From Eledone cirrhosa (taxonomy: Eukaryota), in contig OZ024741.1 in NCBI GenBank assembly GCA_964016885.1, forward strand, positions 369,582,001-369,646,000: a stretch of DNA of 64,000 nt, read 5' to 3'. The translations under genes and the position numbers were made by a program. Shown piece by piece: positions 25,183 to 37,849 of the stretch. Numbering within the stretch: position 1 is the stretch's first letter; each line of letters begins with the position of its first letter. The notes under the pieces were generated by a model that searched no databases, was not told where the DNA came from, and was given only the letters and a program-made list of their open reading frames with translations.

Positions 25183-28100
25183 ATGGCCAATATAAGAGTT
25201 GGATGTGTGAACGTACGCGGCCTGAGGATGCCCTGGAAACAGGGCAAACTCTTAAACGACCTCAGGTCGCACAGTATGGATGTGGTGGCCATTTGCGAGT
25301 CCAGGATCCACGGCGAGCGACAGCTGGCCCCCATCTTCGATGATTTTGAGATCTACGCATCTCTCTGTCAACCGGGGGGTGGGGGCGGAGTTGCCGTTTT
25401 GCTGCGGAAACACCTGGGCCTCGTAACATAGACGGTACATCTGGACCCGGAGGGTCGACTGGTGGTCCTAGACGTTGACGGTAGTGAAGGTGGAGCCTTC
25501 AGGCTGGTGGCCGCATATGCCCCATCCGGGACACCGCGGCCAGACTTCTTCAAACGTCTAGAGACTTTTCTGGGAACGTCCCGCTCCTTGCTTTTAGTGG
25601 GGGACTGGAATGGAATCCTAGATGCACATTGGGACTATGTGGGAGCATGTCCCGATAAAGGGGGGTGTAACAGCCTCAAACAGTTAATCGACCGATTTGA
25701 CCTGGCCGATAGATATCGACTAGATTTTCCGACTGCGCCACTGTGGATGTGGAGTAATCGTAGCGGAACATCTAGATAGTACCTAGATAGGGTTCTAGTT
25801 AGAAATAAGGATAGGGACATGTTAAGCTGTCCACAAATGTTCATAGTTGCCTATTCATATCACAAACTAGTGACCTGCATGGCCAACCTTGATAGAACCC
25901 ATAGACAAGGACCCGGCTACTGGAAGCTGAACTTGTCGTTACCGACAAGCAAAGCCTACAGTAGACGGATTAGCACTTTAGTTAAACAGCACTTGACAGG
26001 GGCCATTGTCAACAACAGATGGTGGTACTCTCTCAAGAGGGCAGTTAGATTAGACTCGATAGTTTTTAGTAAAGAATTAGCGTTAGATAGAAATAGAACC
26101 GAGAAGGAACTGGTAGATAAAGTAGAAGAGGCAATTAGAAGTGGCAACGTAGCCAGCGTGCTAGCAACGAGAACGGCCTTGGACCAGTTCTTCGACGCAA
26201 AGCACGAGGGCTGCGTTGTCAGAAGCAAAATACGTGCTCTGGGAAACGAGGGAGCCAAAGCTGTTAGCTGGGCCCGAATGACGGAGGCAAAAAGTGGCAA
26301 CAAGTCCACGATTCGATCTTTGAAGGACCAAAACGGACGCGTGATACGTGAGCCGAAGCAGATGTGTGCGGCTTTTCAGCGGCACTTTGCTCGGCTGTTC
26401 GGGGGGAGCGGCGCGCCGGGAGAGGCTATGGATTTCGGTCCATACCTCGACGGCCTACCGCGACTCTCGGACAGCGAGGCAAAGTTCTGCGAAAAGCCGA
26501 TTTCAGCCACTGAGATAGGGGACGCGCTGAGCCAATGCGGCAAACGCAAATCTCCAGGTCTCGACGGTCTACCCTACGAATTTTACGTAGCAATGCCGGA
26601 CTTATTCTCCGGTCTCCTGGAAGCGGTCTACTGCAACTGGCAACAGAACGGGAGAATTCCCAGTTCTGTAACCGGGGGCGTGGTCACACTAATCAGGAAG
26701 GACGAGAATATGGGGGATGACATAGGAAACTTCCGGCCCATAACTCTGCTAAACACAGAGTTACAGATTTTGGCCAAGGTGTTGGCAAAGAGGCTGGCGC
26801 TTGTCGTCGGGAACCTGGTGGGAGAAGCGCAGACATGCGCAATCCCGACCAGGTCCATACACGACAACCTCCACCTCATGCGATACATCATAGAGAGGGT
26901 AGGGTGTAAACCCGGCTTCGGTGGGGCCCTGATCAACTTGGATCAGTCTAAGGCTTTCGATAGGGTTGACCATCGTTACCTGGATGCGGTGCTCGAGGCG
27001 GCAGGCTTCGGACCCGTGTTCAGGGGCTGGATTGCTGCAATGCACAACAGCAACATCTGCTCAAGGGTCATGGTGAACGGCTACCTCTCGGAGCCGTTCC
27101 ATATTAAACGATCCATTCGACAGGGATGCCCTCTCTCCTCCCTTCTATACGTACTGACTCTCGAGCCACTACTGCGGAAGCTGGAGCTATTGCAGGGCAT
27201 CCCTCTGGAACCGGGACTGCGGAAAGCGGCGTCGGCCTACGCCGACGACGTGACAGTAATGGTGTCGAGCGCCTCGCAAATCGAGGAAGTCGGCACCTTA
27301 CTGAAGGAATACGAAAGTCTCACAGGAGCGAAGCTGAACCGGGACAAGTCCATCGGTTTGCAACTCGGATCGTGGAGAGGCAAACCGATGCCTTCCGATG
27401 GCGTCGTCGGACGCTGGACGGAAGGACCGGTAAAGCTTCTCGGGGTCTGGTTTGGTCCGGACCTCCAGGCGGAGAAGAACTGGAACGAAGTGACGGCCAA
27501 GGTCTTTGCACTCACTCAGAAGTGGGCCGAGTGCAAACTATCCTTGAAAGGTCGAGCGGAGGTGGCGAACACTTTTATAGCGTCCGCCATCTACTACCGC
27601 TTGACCGTCGTGCCTTGTCCAGCCAAAACGCTCGCCAAAATGGAGCACGTGCTCTTCCGATTCCTTTGGAAGAGGCGGGCTCCTTTGGTGAGAAGATCCA
27701 TCTGCTGCCAACACCCTTCTAACGGAGGGCTGGGGATGCCGTGGTTGACGATGCGCAAACACGCGCTCAGGCTGCGGCATCTCTACGTATTCCTCACCGG
27801 ACAACCGGTGTGGGCCCCGTGCGTGAGGCGAGCCTTCCCACGACTCGTCTCGCTGACCGAGCTGCAGTCCTGGGTCAAGCAAAGACCGAGGAAAATGGGC
27901 GACTGGCACATCGAATGTGCTCAGGCGCTCACAGCCCTCTGGCAGGCGGACTCGGCGATCAGTGGAGACTCCACTTCGTCATTCTATAGAGGGTTGGTCC
28001 GCAGCAAGTGCGACGACGCGCTCGGTGAAACTCTAGGCGTAGAGGAAGATGAACTGGCCAGTCTGTTCGGTAGGACCTTCCGCCCGGGACCGATGGACAA

Positions 28101-28617
28101 CTTCCAAAAGTCCCTGGCCTGGCAGTGCTACCGAGGAGCTCTACCAGTTCGAGAAAAGCTCTACAGACATGGGCTCCCGGGCAGGGACCCTGCAAAAAAG
28201 ATCTGTCCGAGGTGCGTGCGAGACGAAGAAACCGTCGCGCACGCATTTATACACTGCCCGGGCGTCATTGACCTGTGGGGCTATGTAGAACGATTATTGT
28301 CGCGGGTGGGACCAATCCAGTTGACCACCAAATCCATTGTCATGATCAAACCGCCACCCTCCTTCAAAAACGGAGAGGCGGTTTTCCTTTGTGTGATCGC
28401 TATGGCGAAAGAGGTTGTATGGTGGACAAGGTTGAAAGGGCTGAGGTCAGACACCTTTCTCTCCGGCCAACAACTAATTCTTTTTTTCAAATACCACTTT
28501 GGAAGAAGAATCAGGATGGAGAGAGAGGTGCTGTACCCCAGCAAGTTTTATGAAAGGTGGGTGAAAGTGGCGAGAATGGCCCGAGTGAATGGGCCTTCTC
28601 TCTATATCAGCCTGTAG
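25183..28617 (+). pseudogene. LINE ORF2 (APE endonuclease-RT-zinc finger) with two in-frame TAG stops
   Basis: NVRGL, ICES, YAP, GDWN, YLDR; single frame broken by TAG at 25429 and 25777; SDH motif reads SYH; AYADD intact. Confidence 0.93.
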
Positions 28618-28855
28618 GTTGAGGAAAAGGAGGAGGAGAGGAAAGGAGTACAAACTCTTCGTACTCCTGGAGATGAGGGTTGCACATTTTTTTTCGGGGG
28701 TTTGTGTTACCCATATAAACTGTCTCCCTCTATTGGGGAAAATCGACTAACTTTTTAAATTCCATTTGTGATAACATTTTACACGTTTTTATTGTATGTA
28801 AACTTCCCCCTTTGTATTTGTCCTCTTCTTTTGTGCCCCTGTGGCTAATAAAGAA

Positions 28856-28908
<53 letters not shown>

Positions 28909-28945
28909 CACCCCCTCTCTCTCCATATATATACAGATGTATGTA

Positions 28946-28993
<48 letters not shown>

Positions 28994-29173
28994 TGTGTAA
29001 GATGAGCGTGACAAACAGGGAAGAGAAAAAAGAAAAGGAAAGAGAGAGGAAACAGCATTGAGTGACATAATTATATAATTGTTTCTACTTTAGGCACAAA
29101 GCCAGCAATTACCCAGTGCATTACTGGTACTATGGCGAAATGAAAATGGCCGACAGATTGATTATTTGATTTA

Positions 29174-29872
29174 TCCTAAACCGACGGTAGTCGGTTTATA
29201 GTAATATTGTTGTCTTAGTGATTTCGTTGGCAATCGTCTCTTTACAGCATTATTAGAATGTCTTCCGATTATCAAAATCACATGAAAGTTATATGAGCAT
29301 GGAGAGTAAATCATTGCACATCTCTTAAGCTAAAAATCTCGAAATTTCGTTCAGCACAAAAAAAGTTATGATCAAAGTTTGCTGAAAAAAACTGTGTTCA
29401 AGTGAGTAAGTGAGTGAGTAAGGGTGACGCTCTGTGCATTTTCTCTTCTTCCGACTCCAATAATCCCCCTCCTCCTCCACTTGTTTTGTTCCTCTTTCTC
29501 CCCCCCCCCCTCCCTCATCATCATTTTCTTCTTCTTCTTCTTCTTCTTCTTCTTCTTCGTGTAAATATCAAGAAATAAATGATTATTGTTGTTTTATCCT
29601 AAACCGACGGTAGTCGGTTTAGTAATATTGTTGTCTTAGTGATTTCGTTGGCAATCGTCTCTTTACAGCATTATTAGAATGTCTTCCGATTATCAAAATC
29701 ACATGAAAGTTATATGAGCATGGAGAGTAAATCATTGCACATCTCTTAAGCTAAAAATCTCGAAATTTCGTTCAGCACAAAAAAAGTTATGATCAAAGTT
29801 TGCTGAAAAAAACTGTGTTCAAGTGAGTAAGTGAGTGAGTAAGGGTGACGCTCTGTTATATATATTTATATT

Positions 29873-29933
<61 letters not shown>

Positions 29934-29978
29934 ATATATATTTATATATATATATTTATATATATATATCTATATATT

Positions 29979-30014
<36 letters not shown>

Positions 30015-30048
30015 TATATATATTTATATATATATTTATATATATATT

Positions 30049-30079
<31 letters not shown>

Positions 30080-30080
30080 T

Positions 30081-30175
<95 letters not shown>

Positions 30176-30210
30176 ATTTATATATATATATATTTATATA
30201 TATATATATT

Positions 30211-30247
<37 letters not shown>

Positions 30248-30806
30248 ATATTTATATATATTTATATATATATTTATATATATTTATATATATATATATT
30301 TATATATATATATATGTTTATATATATTTATATATATATATATGTTTATATATATTTATATATATATATATGTTTATATATATTTATATATATATATATG
30401 TTTATATATATTTATATATATATATATGTTTATATATATTTATATATCCTAAACCGACGGTAGTCGGTTTAGTCCTAAACCGACGGTAGTCGGTTTATCC
30501 TAAACCGACGGTAGTTCCTAAACCGACGGTAGTCGGTTTAGTCCTAAACCGACGGTAGTCGGTTTAGTAATATTGTTGTCTTAGTGATTTCGTTGGCAAT
30601 CGTCTCTTTACAGCATTATTAGAATGTCTTCCGATTATCAAAATCACATGAAAGTTATATGAGCATGGAGAGTAAATCATTGCACATCTCTTAAGCTAAA
30701 AATCTCGAAATTTCGTTCAGCACAAAAAAAGTTATGATCAAAGTTTGCTGAAAAAAACTGTGTTCAAGTGAGTAAGTGAGTGAGTAAGGGTGACGCTCTG
30801 TGCATT
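29174..30806 (+). mobile_element. Three copies of a ~260-bp HINE/Helentron-like module (29174-29440, 29597-29856, 30447-30806)
   Basis: Each starts with hairpin TAAACCGAC-ggta-GTCGGTTTA and ends in a (GTGA)-type microsatellite; copies near-identical; class is inferred. Confidence 0.6.
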
Positions 30807-30842
30807 TGATGCATCTCTTGGGACCGGTCAGAGGAGGATAAG

Positions 30843-31402
30843 GGGTTATTCGGGGTGCGGCGCTTATTCGAACCCTCCCCCAGTGACTGCGATTATTCGG
30901 GGTGAGACGCTTATTCGAACCCCCCCCCCCCGCTTATTCGAACCCTCCCCCCAGTGACTGCGATTATTCGGGGTGCGGCGCTTATTCGAACCCTCCCCCC
31001 AGTGACTGCGGTTATTCGGGGTGCGGCGCTTATTCGAACCCTCCCCCCAGTGACTGCGATTATTCGGGGTGCGGCGCTTATTCGAACCCTCCCCCCAGTG
31101 ACTGCGGTTATTCGGGGTGCGGCGCTTATTCGAACCCTCCCCCAGTGACTGCGATTATTCGGGGTGAGGCGCCTATTCGAACCCCCCCCCCCCCACAGTG
31201 ACTGCGGTTATTCGGGGTGCGGCGCTTATTCGAACCCCCCCCCACAGTGACTGCGATTATTCGGGGTGAGGCGCTTATTCGAACCCTCCCCCAGTGACTG
31301 CTGTTATTTGGGGTGAGGGTCTTATTCGAACCCCCCCTAGTGACTGCGGTTATTCGGGGTGCGGTGGTTATTTGAACCCCCCCCCCCAGTGACTGCGGTT
31401 AT
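30843..31402. repeat. ~48-bp minisatellite, about 11 units
   Basis: gtgactgcgrttattcggggtgcggcgcttattcgaaccctccccca. Confidence 0.95.
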
Positions 31403-31974
31403 TTTTTTGAATTTGAATTTTAAATGTTGATACAATGTGGCAGTAAACATTAATCATTGAGCTAATTAGGAGCTATTATGTTCTCCTATCTCGCGATAAG
31501 TGGTCACACGTTGCAAACTAGTTGAGGTTGTCTTCTATTTATATTCAAATGAGTAATCACTCACTGCATTGTTCTCTTTCAAAGCAGTCGCTGATTGATA
31601 TACTAGAAATTCAGAAAATCATTTGGATTTGTACTAATAGTTGTGAATAGTTGTGCTATTTTTTGTACCGATAGGTGCGAGTAGTGAACTCATTTGCGAT
31701 AGGTGCGAATAGTGTGCTCATTTGACATATGAAAATGACGTCTCTCGGCTTTTTTATCGGCTTATTTATTTTGACTATTACAAATGAAAAATTTGTTTCC
31801 CTGCAAAAGTCTCGCCAAAATGGTCGCAAAAAAAATCGCAAAAGGTCACTTCATACGTTTCGCGGCTTTCGAAAAAAGTCACCATATACGTTTCGCGGCT
31901 TTTTGATCGGCTTATTACTTTTTTGCCTGGCGCGAAAATGCAATACAGTTGTTTTTGGACTATGAACACTCAAA

Positions 31975-32310
31975 TGATGAAATCGACAAAAATGGCGTGT
32001 GAGAAGAAAATCAAAAAATTTGCATATGAAAAATCGACAAAAAATGGCGCGCGTGAAGAAAATACAAAAATCCAAAAAAAATTATCATGTGAAAAATTGA
32101 CAAAAAATCGACAAAAATGGCGTGCGTGAAGAAAATCCAAAAATCCAAAAAAAAATTATCATGTGAAAAATTGACAAAAAATCGACAAAAATGGCGCGCG
32201 TGAAAAAAAATCAAAAAAACCCAAAAAAATTTGCATGTGAAAAATTGACAAAAAATCGACCAAAAATGGCGCGCGTGAAAAAAATCCCAAAAAAATTTGC
32301 ATGTGAAAAT
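31975..32310. repeat. A-rich minisatellite, ~60-80-bp unit
   Basis: aaaatcgacaaaaatggcgcgcgtgaa...catgtgaaaaattgac repeated about 5 times. Confidence 0.85.
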
Positions 32311-32779
32311 TGATATTTGCCTTCTATTGCATTAGAATTTGTCATGTTTAATTAAAATGTTATTTTCAACTAAATGCAAATGGTGCAAATTTGCTCCATT
32401 TAGATTCAGTTGTTAATGCTCACCTACTAATTTAAAAAAATTGTATTTTCTTAAATGACTCTTATTTATCATAAGTTAATATTTTTAAGATAGGTGAGTG
32501 CTCCACGATCTGACCTATGTCCCCGCCATGTGGAGTGGATGCTTGTACCAATTAGATAAAATATCTCAACTTATTTCTGTGACTCCAATGCACAGGCTGA
32601 CACTGTAGCTTGAATTAAATTCAAAATTGGTACAAGTAACTAAGAGGTCACAAAAGAATAGCTTCACTTTCACCTATAGTTTTCATTAACATCATTTTTG
32701 GGATTTTTTGATAGAAGTAACTAAAGTAATAACTATTTAATTAAGTAGTTGTTGTTTGCATTGCCTTGAAAAATAGGAA

Positions 32780-33896
32780 ACTAGCTAGAAAAATGCGTAC
32801 AGCAAAAAAAAGTAATATTGTTGGAACAAACCTTTAAAAATACAGGACAAGGAAGTAAGATAAACCTTTAAAAATACAGGACAAAGAACTAAGATAAAAC
32901 TTTAAAAGAATAGGACAAGGAATATAAATTTTTACAATAATATTAGTGGCAAAAATTTTATTGGAAAAATAGATAATTGATCAAATAAAAGTGATTTATT
33001 TGAGTAACATGAAATTACTTAATGAGAAATATCAATACAATGAAATTGATCCCTGTCTTGTGTTCCTCCTCCAAGTCCGAGTTGTACCAACTGGTTCATT
33101 GGTTCATGAGGAAGTGGGCCAGGAAAAATGTAGGAAAAGTCATCATGGTTCATTTCTGTTCTTCCCTTCTACTCGAGCCCCCTCAGCGCCTGCATCCCCC
33201 AGCTACAATGACTCCCAAATCAGCAGTCTGTTGCTCCTGCACCAACGCCTCCACCTCCTCCCCCCTCGTCGCCTGCTTCAACTTTCATCATTGCTGCGCC
33301 AACATGCCCAGTGCTGTCTGGAAGTGGTTCAACGAGTCCGGCGCCGGCTTCACCTGCTTCAAGTGCTCTCCCAGGAAGAAGCACTCTGCCCTATCCACCT
33401 GCCCTTCTACCACTGCCCATGAAGCCAGTCCGGAACCGTCAACCGTGCCTCAAAGTGTCATCGAGGACCAGCAGGATTCCGAGTCGAACACGGGCCCATT
33501 CACCTTGGTCACTCGCCGTCATCGTCCCAGAGTCAAGACCCGTACCCCTCCCTCTCCTCCTCCAGTTCCTGCTCCGACCCAGTCCGAGTTGCGCCGGGTC
33601 ATCCGCGAGGAGTTGGACCGGGAAAGATGACAGACAAGTGATCATGGTTGGAGTGGATGCATGCGGAACATCATAGTTGTAATTGGTGTAATGATGGAAA
33701 CTCAATTTTTTACCAATTGAATTTTGCCACTAATATTATTGTAAAAATTTATATTCCTTGTCCTATTCTTTTAAAGTTTTATCTTAGTTCTTTGTCCTGT
33801 ATTTTTAAAGGTTTATCTTACTTCCTTGTCCTGTATTTTTAAAGGTTTGTTCCAACAATATTACTTTTTTTTGCTGTACGCATTTTTCTAGCTAGT
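32780..33896. mobile_element. Segment bounded by ~175-bp inverted repeats
   Basis: 32780-32954 is the near-exact reverse complement of 33722-33896; internal aggacaa subrepeats. Confidence 0.8.
33208..33655 (+). pseudogene. PHD-finger LINE ORF1-like fragment (CR1/L2 type)
   Basis: CCSC...C..FHHCC...FTCFKC, then ELRRVIREELDRER*RQVIMVG. Confidence 0.55.
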
Positions 33897-33898
33897 AT

Positions 33899-34097
33899 AT
33901 ACGAGGGTCAGCTGAAAAGTTTATAGTCTGACTATGAAGGAGTGATGCTAGAGCTGTGCAATCTAGCATGCATTAATTTCAATTCTTCTTATGAATAACT
34001 GTATTGTTTCTTTCCAGGGACTATGTTGAAAAATATACATCATTTGATCAATCCATGAGATTATCTTAGTCAGCCTATGAACTGTTCAGCCGACACT

Positions 34098-34148
<51 letters not shown>

Positions 34149-34566
34149 GCGGGTAGGGTGAAAAGTTCATAGGCTGACTATGAATGAGTGATGCTAGAGC
34201 TGTGAAATCTTGCATGCATTTATTTCAACTCTTCTTATGAATAACTGCATTGTTTCCTTCCTGGGACTATGCTGAAAAATAAACCCCATTTGGTAATTCC
34301 ATGAGTGTATCTTGGTCAGCCTATGAACTTTTCAGCCGACCATCTTATGTATGTATGTATATATACAGTCGAGGGTAGGGTGAAAAGTTCATAGACTGAC
34401 TATGAGGGAGTGATGCTAGAGATGTGAAATCTTGCATGCATTAATTTCAACTCTTATGAATAACTGCATTGTTTCTTTCCAGGGACTATGTTAACAAATA
34501 AATCCCATTTGGTAATTCCATGTGTGTATCTTGGCCAGCCTATGAATTTTCTAACCGACCCTCCTA
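33899..34566. mobile_element. Three tandem ~200-bp mariner-type MITEs
   Basis: TA-CGAGGGTCAGCTGAAAAGTT...AACTGTTCAGCCGACACTC-type TIRs; units at ~33899, ~34148 and ~34368. Confidence 0.85.
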
Positions 34567-35043
34567 GTTGCAGATCATAGCATAACCGAAAGGTTAAGAA
34601 GTTCGCTTTGCAATCAAACAGTTTCGGTTTCTATCCTACTGCACAGCATCTTAGGCTAGTGTCATTTACCATAGTCTCATGCCAACCCAAGCCTTGTAAG
34701 TGAATATGTGGAGACAGAAGGTACTGGAACTCCCTCGGGTGGACTATATCACGCTGAATCTCATTGAGAATTATCTTAAAGGTACACGTGTCCATGGAAT
34801 ACTCAGCCACATCCATGTTAGTTTTACGAGCAGGCAGTTCTGTTAATAGAATAACTGAAACACTAATCGTCGAAACTAACAGAGGTCGATTACAGCAGTT
34901 ATGAGTATGTGTGGTTACTACGCTTTGTTTTAAAAACATCTGGTTTCGGTGATTCATTTCTGTTCTGCAGCATCTTAAGTAAATGTCCCCAAATATAGCC
35001 TCGGTTTGACCTATGTCTGATGACTGAAATTTGAAACCCGCCG

Positions 35044-35079
<36 letters not shown>

Positions 35080-35086
<7 letters not shown>

Positions 35087-35483
35087 TGGTAAACGGAATA
35101 GAAAATGCTGACAAATTGTTCACAGTTGAAAAATGGTTTAATTAGGAATAAAAGAGTATTAGTGATTGTATGGGTTAGTATTCAGTTGTGGTTTTAAGTT
35201 TTTAAGTTTTTACCGGTTGCGCATTTCTAAATGCTTTTCAAAAATAATTTTGAGATAGAGTGTCCGTGCTGTTTGCTCTGATCTGAGCAAACAGCACGGA
35301 CACTCTATCTCAAAATTATTTTTGAAAAGCATTTAGAAATGCGCAACCGGTAAAAACTTAAAAACTTAAAACCACAACTGAATACTAACCCATACAATCA
35401 CTAATACTCTTTTATTCCTAATTAAACCATTTTTCAACTGTGAACAATTTGTCAGCATTTTCTATTCCGTTTACCAATATATA
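35080..35483. repeat. Near-perfect palindrome with ~200-bp arms within (TA)n; single arm also at 48755-48955
   Basis: Centre ctcTgatcTgag at 35276-35287. Confidence 0.95.
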
Positions 35484-35574
35484 ATAACTTGTGTGTTACA
35501 CCTCTATTCTTTTAACTATATATATATATATATATATATGAAAATGGCGTGCTGCGTTGTTGCAAATGGGATAC

Positions 35575-35710
35575 ATATGAATAAAATTTGAACAGAAGAT
35601 AAGGCGTCCGTCATCAGTGATCTTCCAGCCGACGTTGAAGAAATACCAACGACGGCTGGCAGATCACTGATGACGCACGCCTTATCTTCTGTACGAATTT
35701 TATTCATATA
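35575..35710. repeat. Imperfect hairpin with ~60-bp arms between (TA)n tracts
   Basis: atgaataaaatt...cagccgacgttg / caacgacggctg...aattttattcat. Confidence 0.9.
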
Positions 35711-35716
35711 TATATA

Positions 35717-35789
<73 letters not shown>

Positions 35790-35793
<4 letters not shown>

Positions 35794-36980
35794 ACACATC
35801 CAACACTTCATCAACCGCATGCAGTTCTCTGGCTACAATCAAAGAGACATAATCAGAGTATACGAAGGAGTCACGGAGAAGTATAAGACCCTCATAGAAC
35901 TGGACATGAAAGGAATTTACCCATTATACAGGAGCAAATCATGGAATACCTTAGATAGGACTAGACATAAGATAGGGAAAGCCACCTCATGGTACGACAA
36001 CCAGAGATACCTGAGTGTCATGTTTGTGGACGCTACCCCTGGAGGGAAATTAGCTAACCAGTGTAGAAAGGCCCTGAGAAAGAATCACTTAAAAATAAAG
36101 GTGGTAGAAAAGCCAGGAACCACCATAAAATCCCTGATCAGCAAAACCTACCCTTTTAAGAAAACCCACTGTACTAATAGGAAATGTATTATATGTAAAG
36201 TAAACCCCCGGATAAACTGTAAAACTAGAAACGTAGTCTATAGCATGAGATGTACAGAGGGTACTTGCAGAAACATGACAACAACATACATAGGTGAGAC
36301 AGCTCGTAGCATAGGTGAAAGGATAGACCAACACTGGGGGGAACTAAACGAACATGCCAGACATCACGACGGTATCATAGAAATTAAAATAATATCTAAA
36401 CATAGAAATGACCCACCAGATAGGCAAATCAGAGGGGCCAGTGAAATAGAACTTAGAAGGCCAAGGCTAAACAGAAAAAATGAATGGAATAACAACACCC
36501 AAACAAACAATACTGACCTAAGAGTAGTATAAATAAAAAAAAATAAAAAATACATACACAAGCACAATAACAACAAACACATATAAACACACACTAGTAA
36601 ACTAAGATAGAATACAATACACAGTACACAGTCACAGTCACACAATACACACACGCAAACGCATGCGCAGAGAAGAAGGCCTAAAATAAATAAATAAATA
36701 AATAAACAGACTAAATAAAGATGGCGTAGGCATACAATACAACGGGAGGAAACATAATAGCACCACTGACGATGTTGCAGATGTACAACGAAAGAACTTT
36801 GTTTGTGTCTATATTGTATCTGTATTTTTGACCGTTGGTCAGTCAATGGTAACATTGAGGACCGAATAAATGAAATTAACCGATATAAAAGACACAGAAG
36901 CGAAAACCAACCAAACAGTGAGTGCGTTCTGTTATTAATTCTGGCAATATTATTACACAAATATGACCCACGCCAAGTAT

Positions 36981-36985
<5 letters not shown>
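35790..36985 (+). mobile_element. 5'-truncated PLE related to the 58812-62212 family; GIY-YIG ORF 35819-36532 and decayed HHR at 36761-36805
   Basis: RMQFSGY, CKTRNVVYSMRC...YIGETARS; CUGACGA-stem-GAAAgaac. Confidence 0.9.
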
Positions 36986-37024
<39 letters not shown>

Positions 37025-37373
37025 GAGAAAGTATGACCCCATACTTTCTCCTAATACCCACTCAACTACCATAAGTATTGAGTACTCTGGTGCGTTATGG
37101 TCCATCTGGTTCCTTACCACAACTCCTTCGTTATATATATATATATATATTAGAAAGTGAGGTTTTTTTTACAAAATGAAAAATAACCGAGGTGTCCTAC
37201 ACGAGTGAAAGTATAAAGAAAAAGAGATGAAATCGAAAATGCAACTGGAGTCTTATTTAAAAAAATATATATATATTTATTTGGTTCCTTTACCTGTTTC
37301 GCAGTTCTTCTGCTTTTCAAAAGTAGAGTTGAGATGGAGGGTCTGTGGTTTTTCTCACATATGTGGTTTTTCT

Positions 37374-37457
<84 letters not shown>

Positions 37458-37849
37458 GAGAGAGATAGGGAGAGAGAAATATAGATATAGATATAATAAA
37501 TAGACAAGAATAATGAAGAAATGTAATACAATAAGAAATTTGTATAAGGAAATGCCGGAATTTTGCTTAAGCTGCATATTTAATATATAGAAATATATAT
37601 ATTCTAATCTGAGCTTTAAATAAATGAATTTACCTTAAAACTTAATTTAACATTTGTCTTGTATCCTCTTGTATTTGATGAAATGTTGGGGTAGGAAATC
37701 TGGAGAAAAAACATCACGGTATTATGACAACTGATAAAAACTCGATACTATTATACGGTAAAAACGAGATGCTTTGTTTAAATGTCACTAAAACAGTCAT
37801 CGTATGTTTACAAAGCGTATCGTGTAGAGTGAAATATTTTAATCATATG

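Larger units (their letters stand above)
23016..28856 (+). mobile_element. Full-length L1/Tx1-type LINE copy C (~5.84 kb)
   Basis: 5' UTR, ORF1, ORF2 and 3' UTR with AATAAA; (TATC)n on both sides. Confidence 0.95.
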
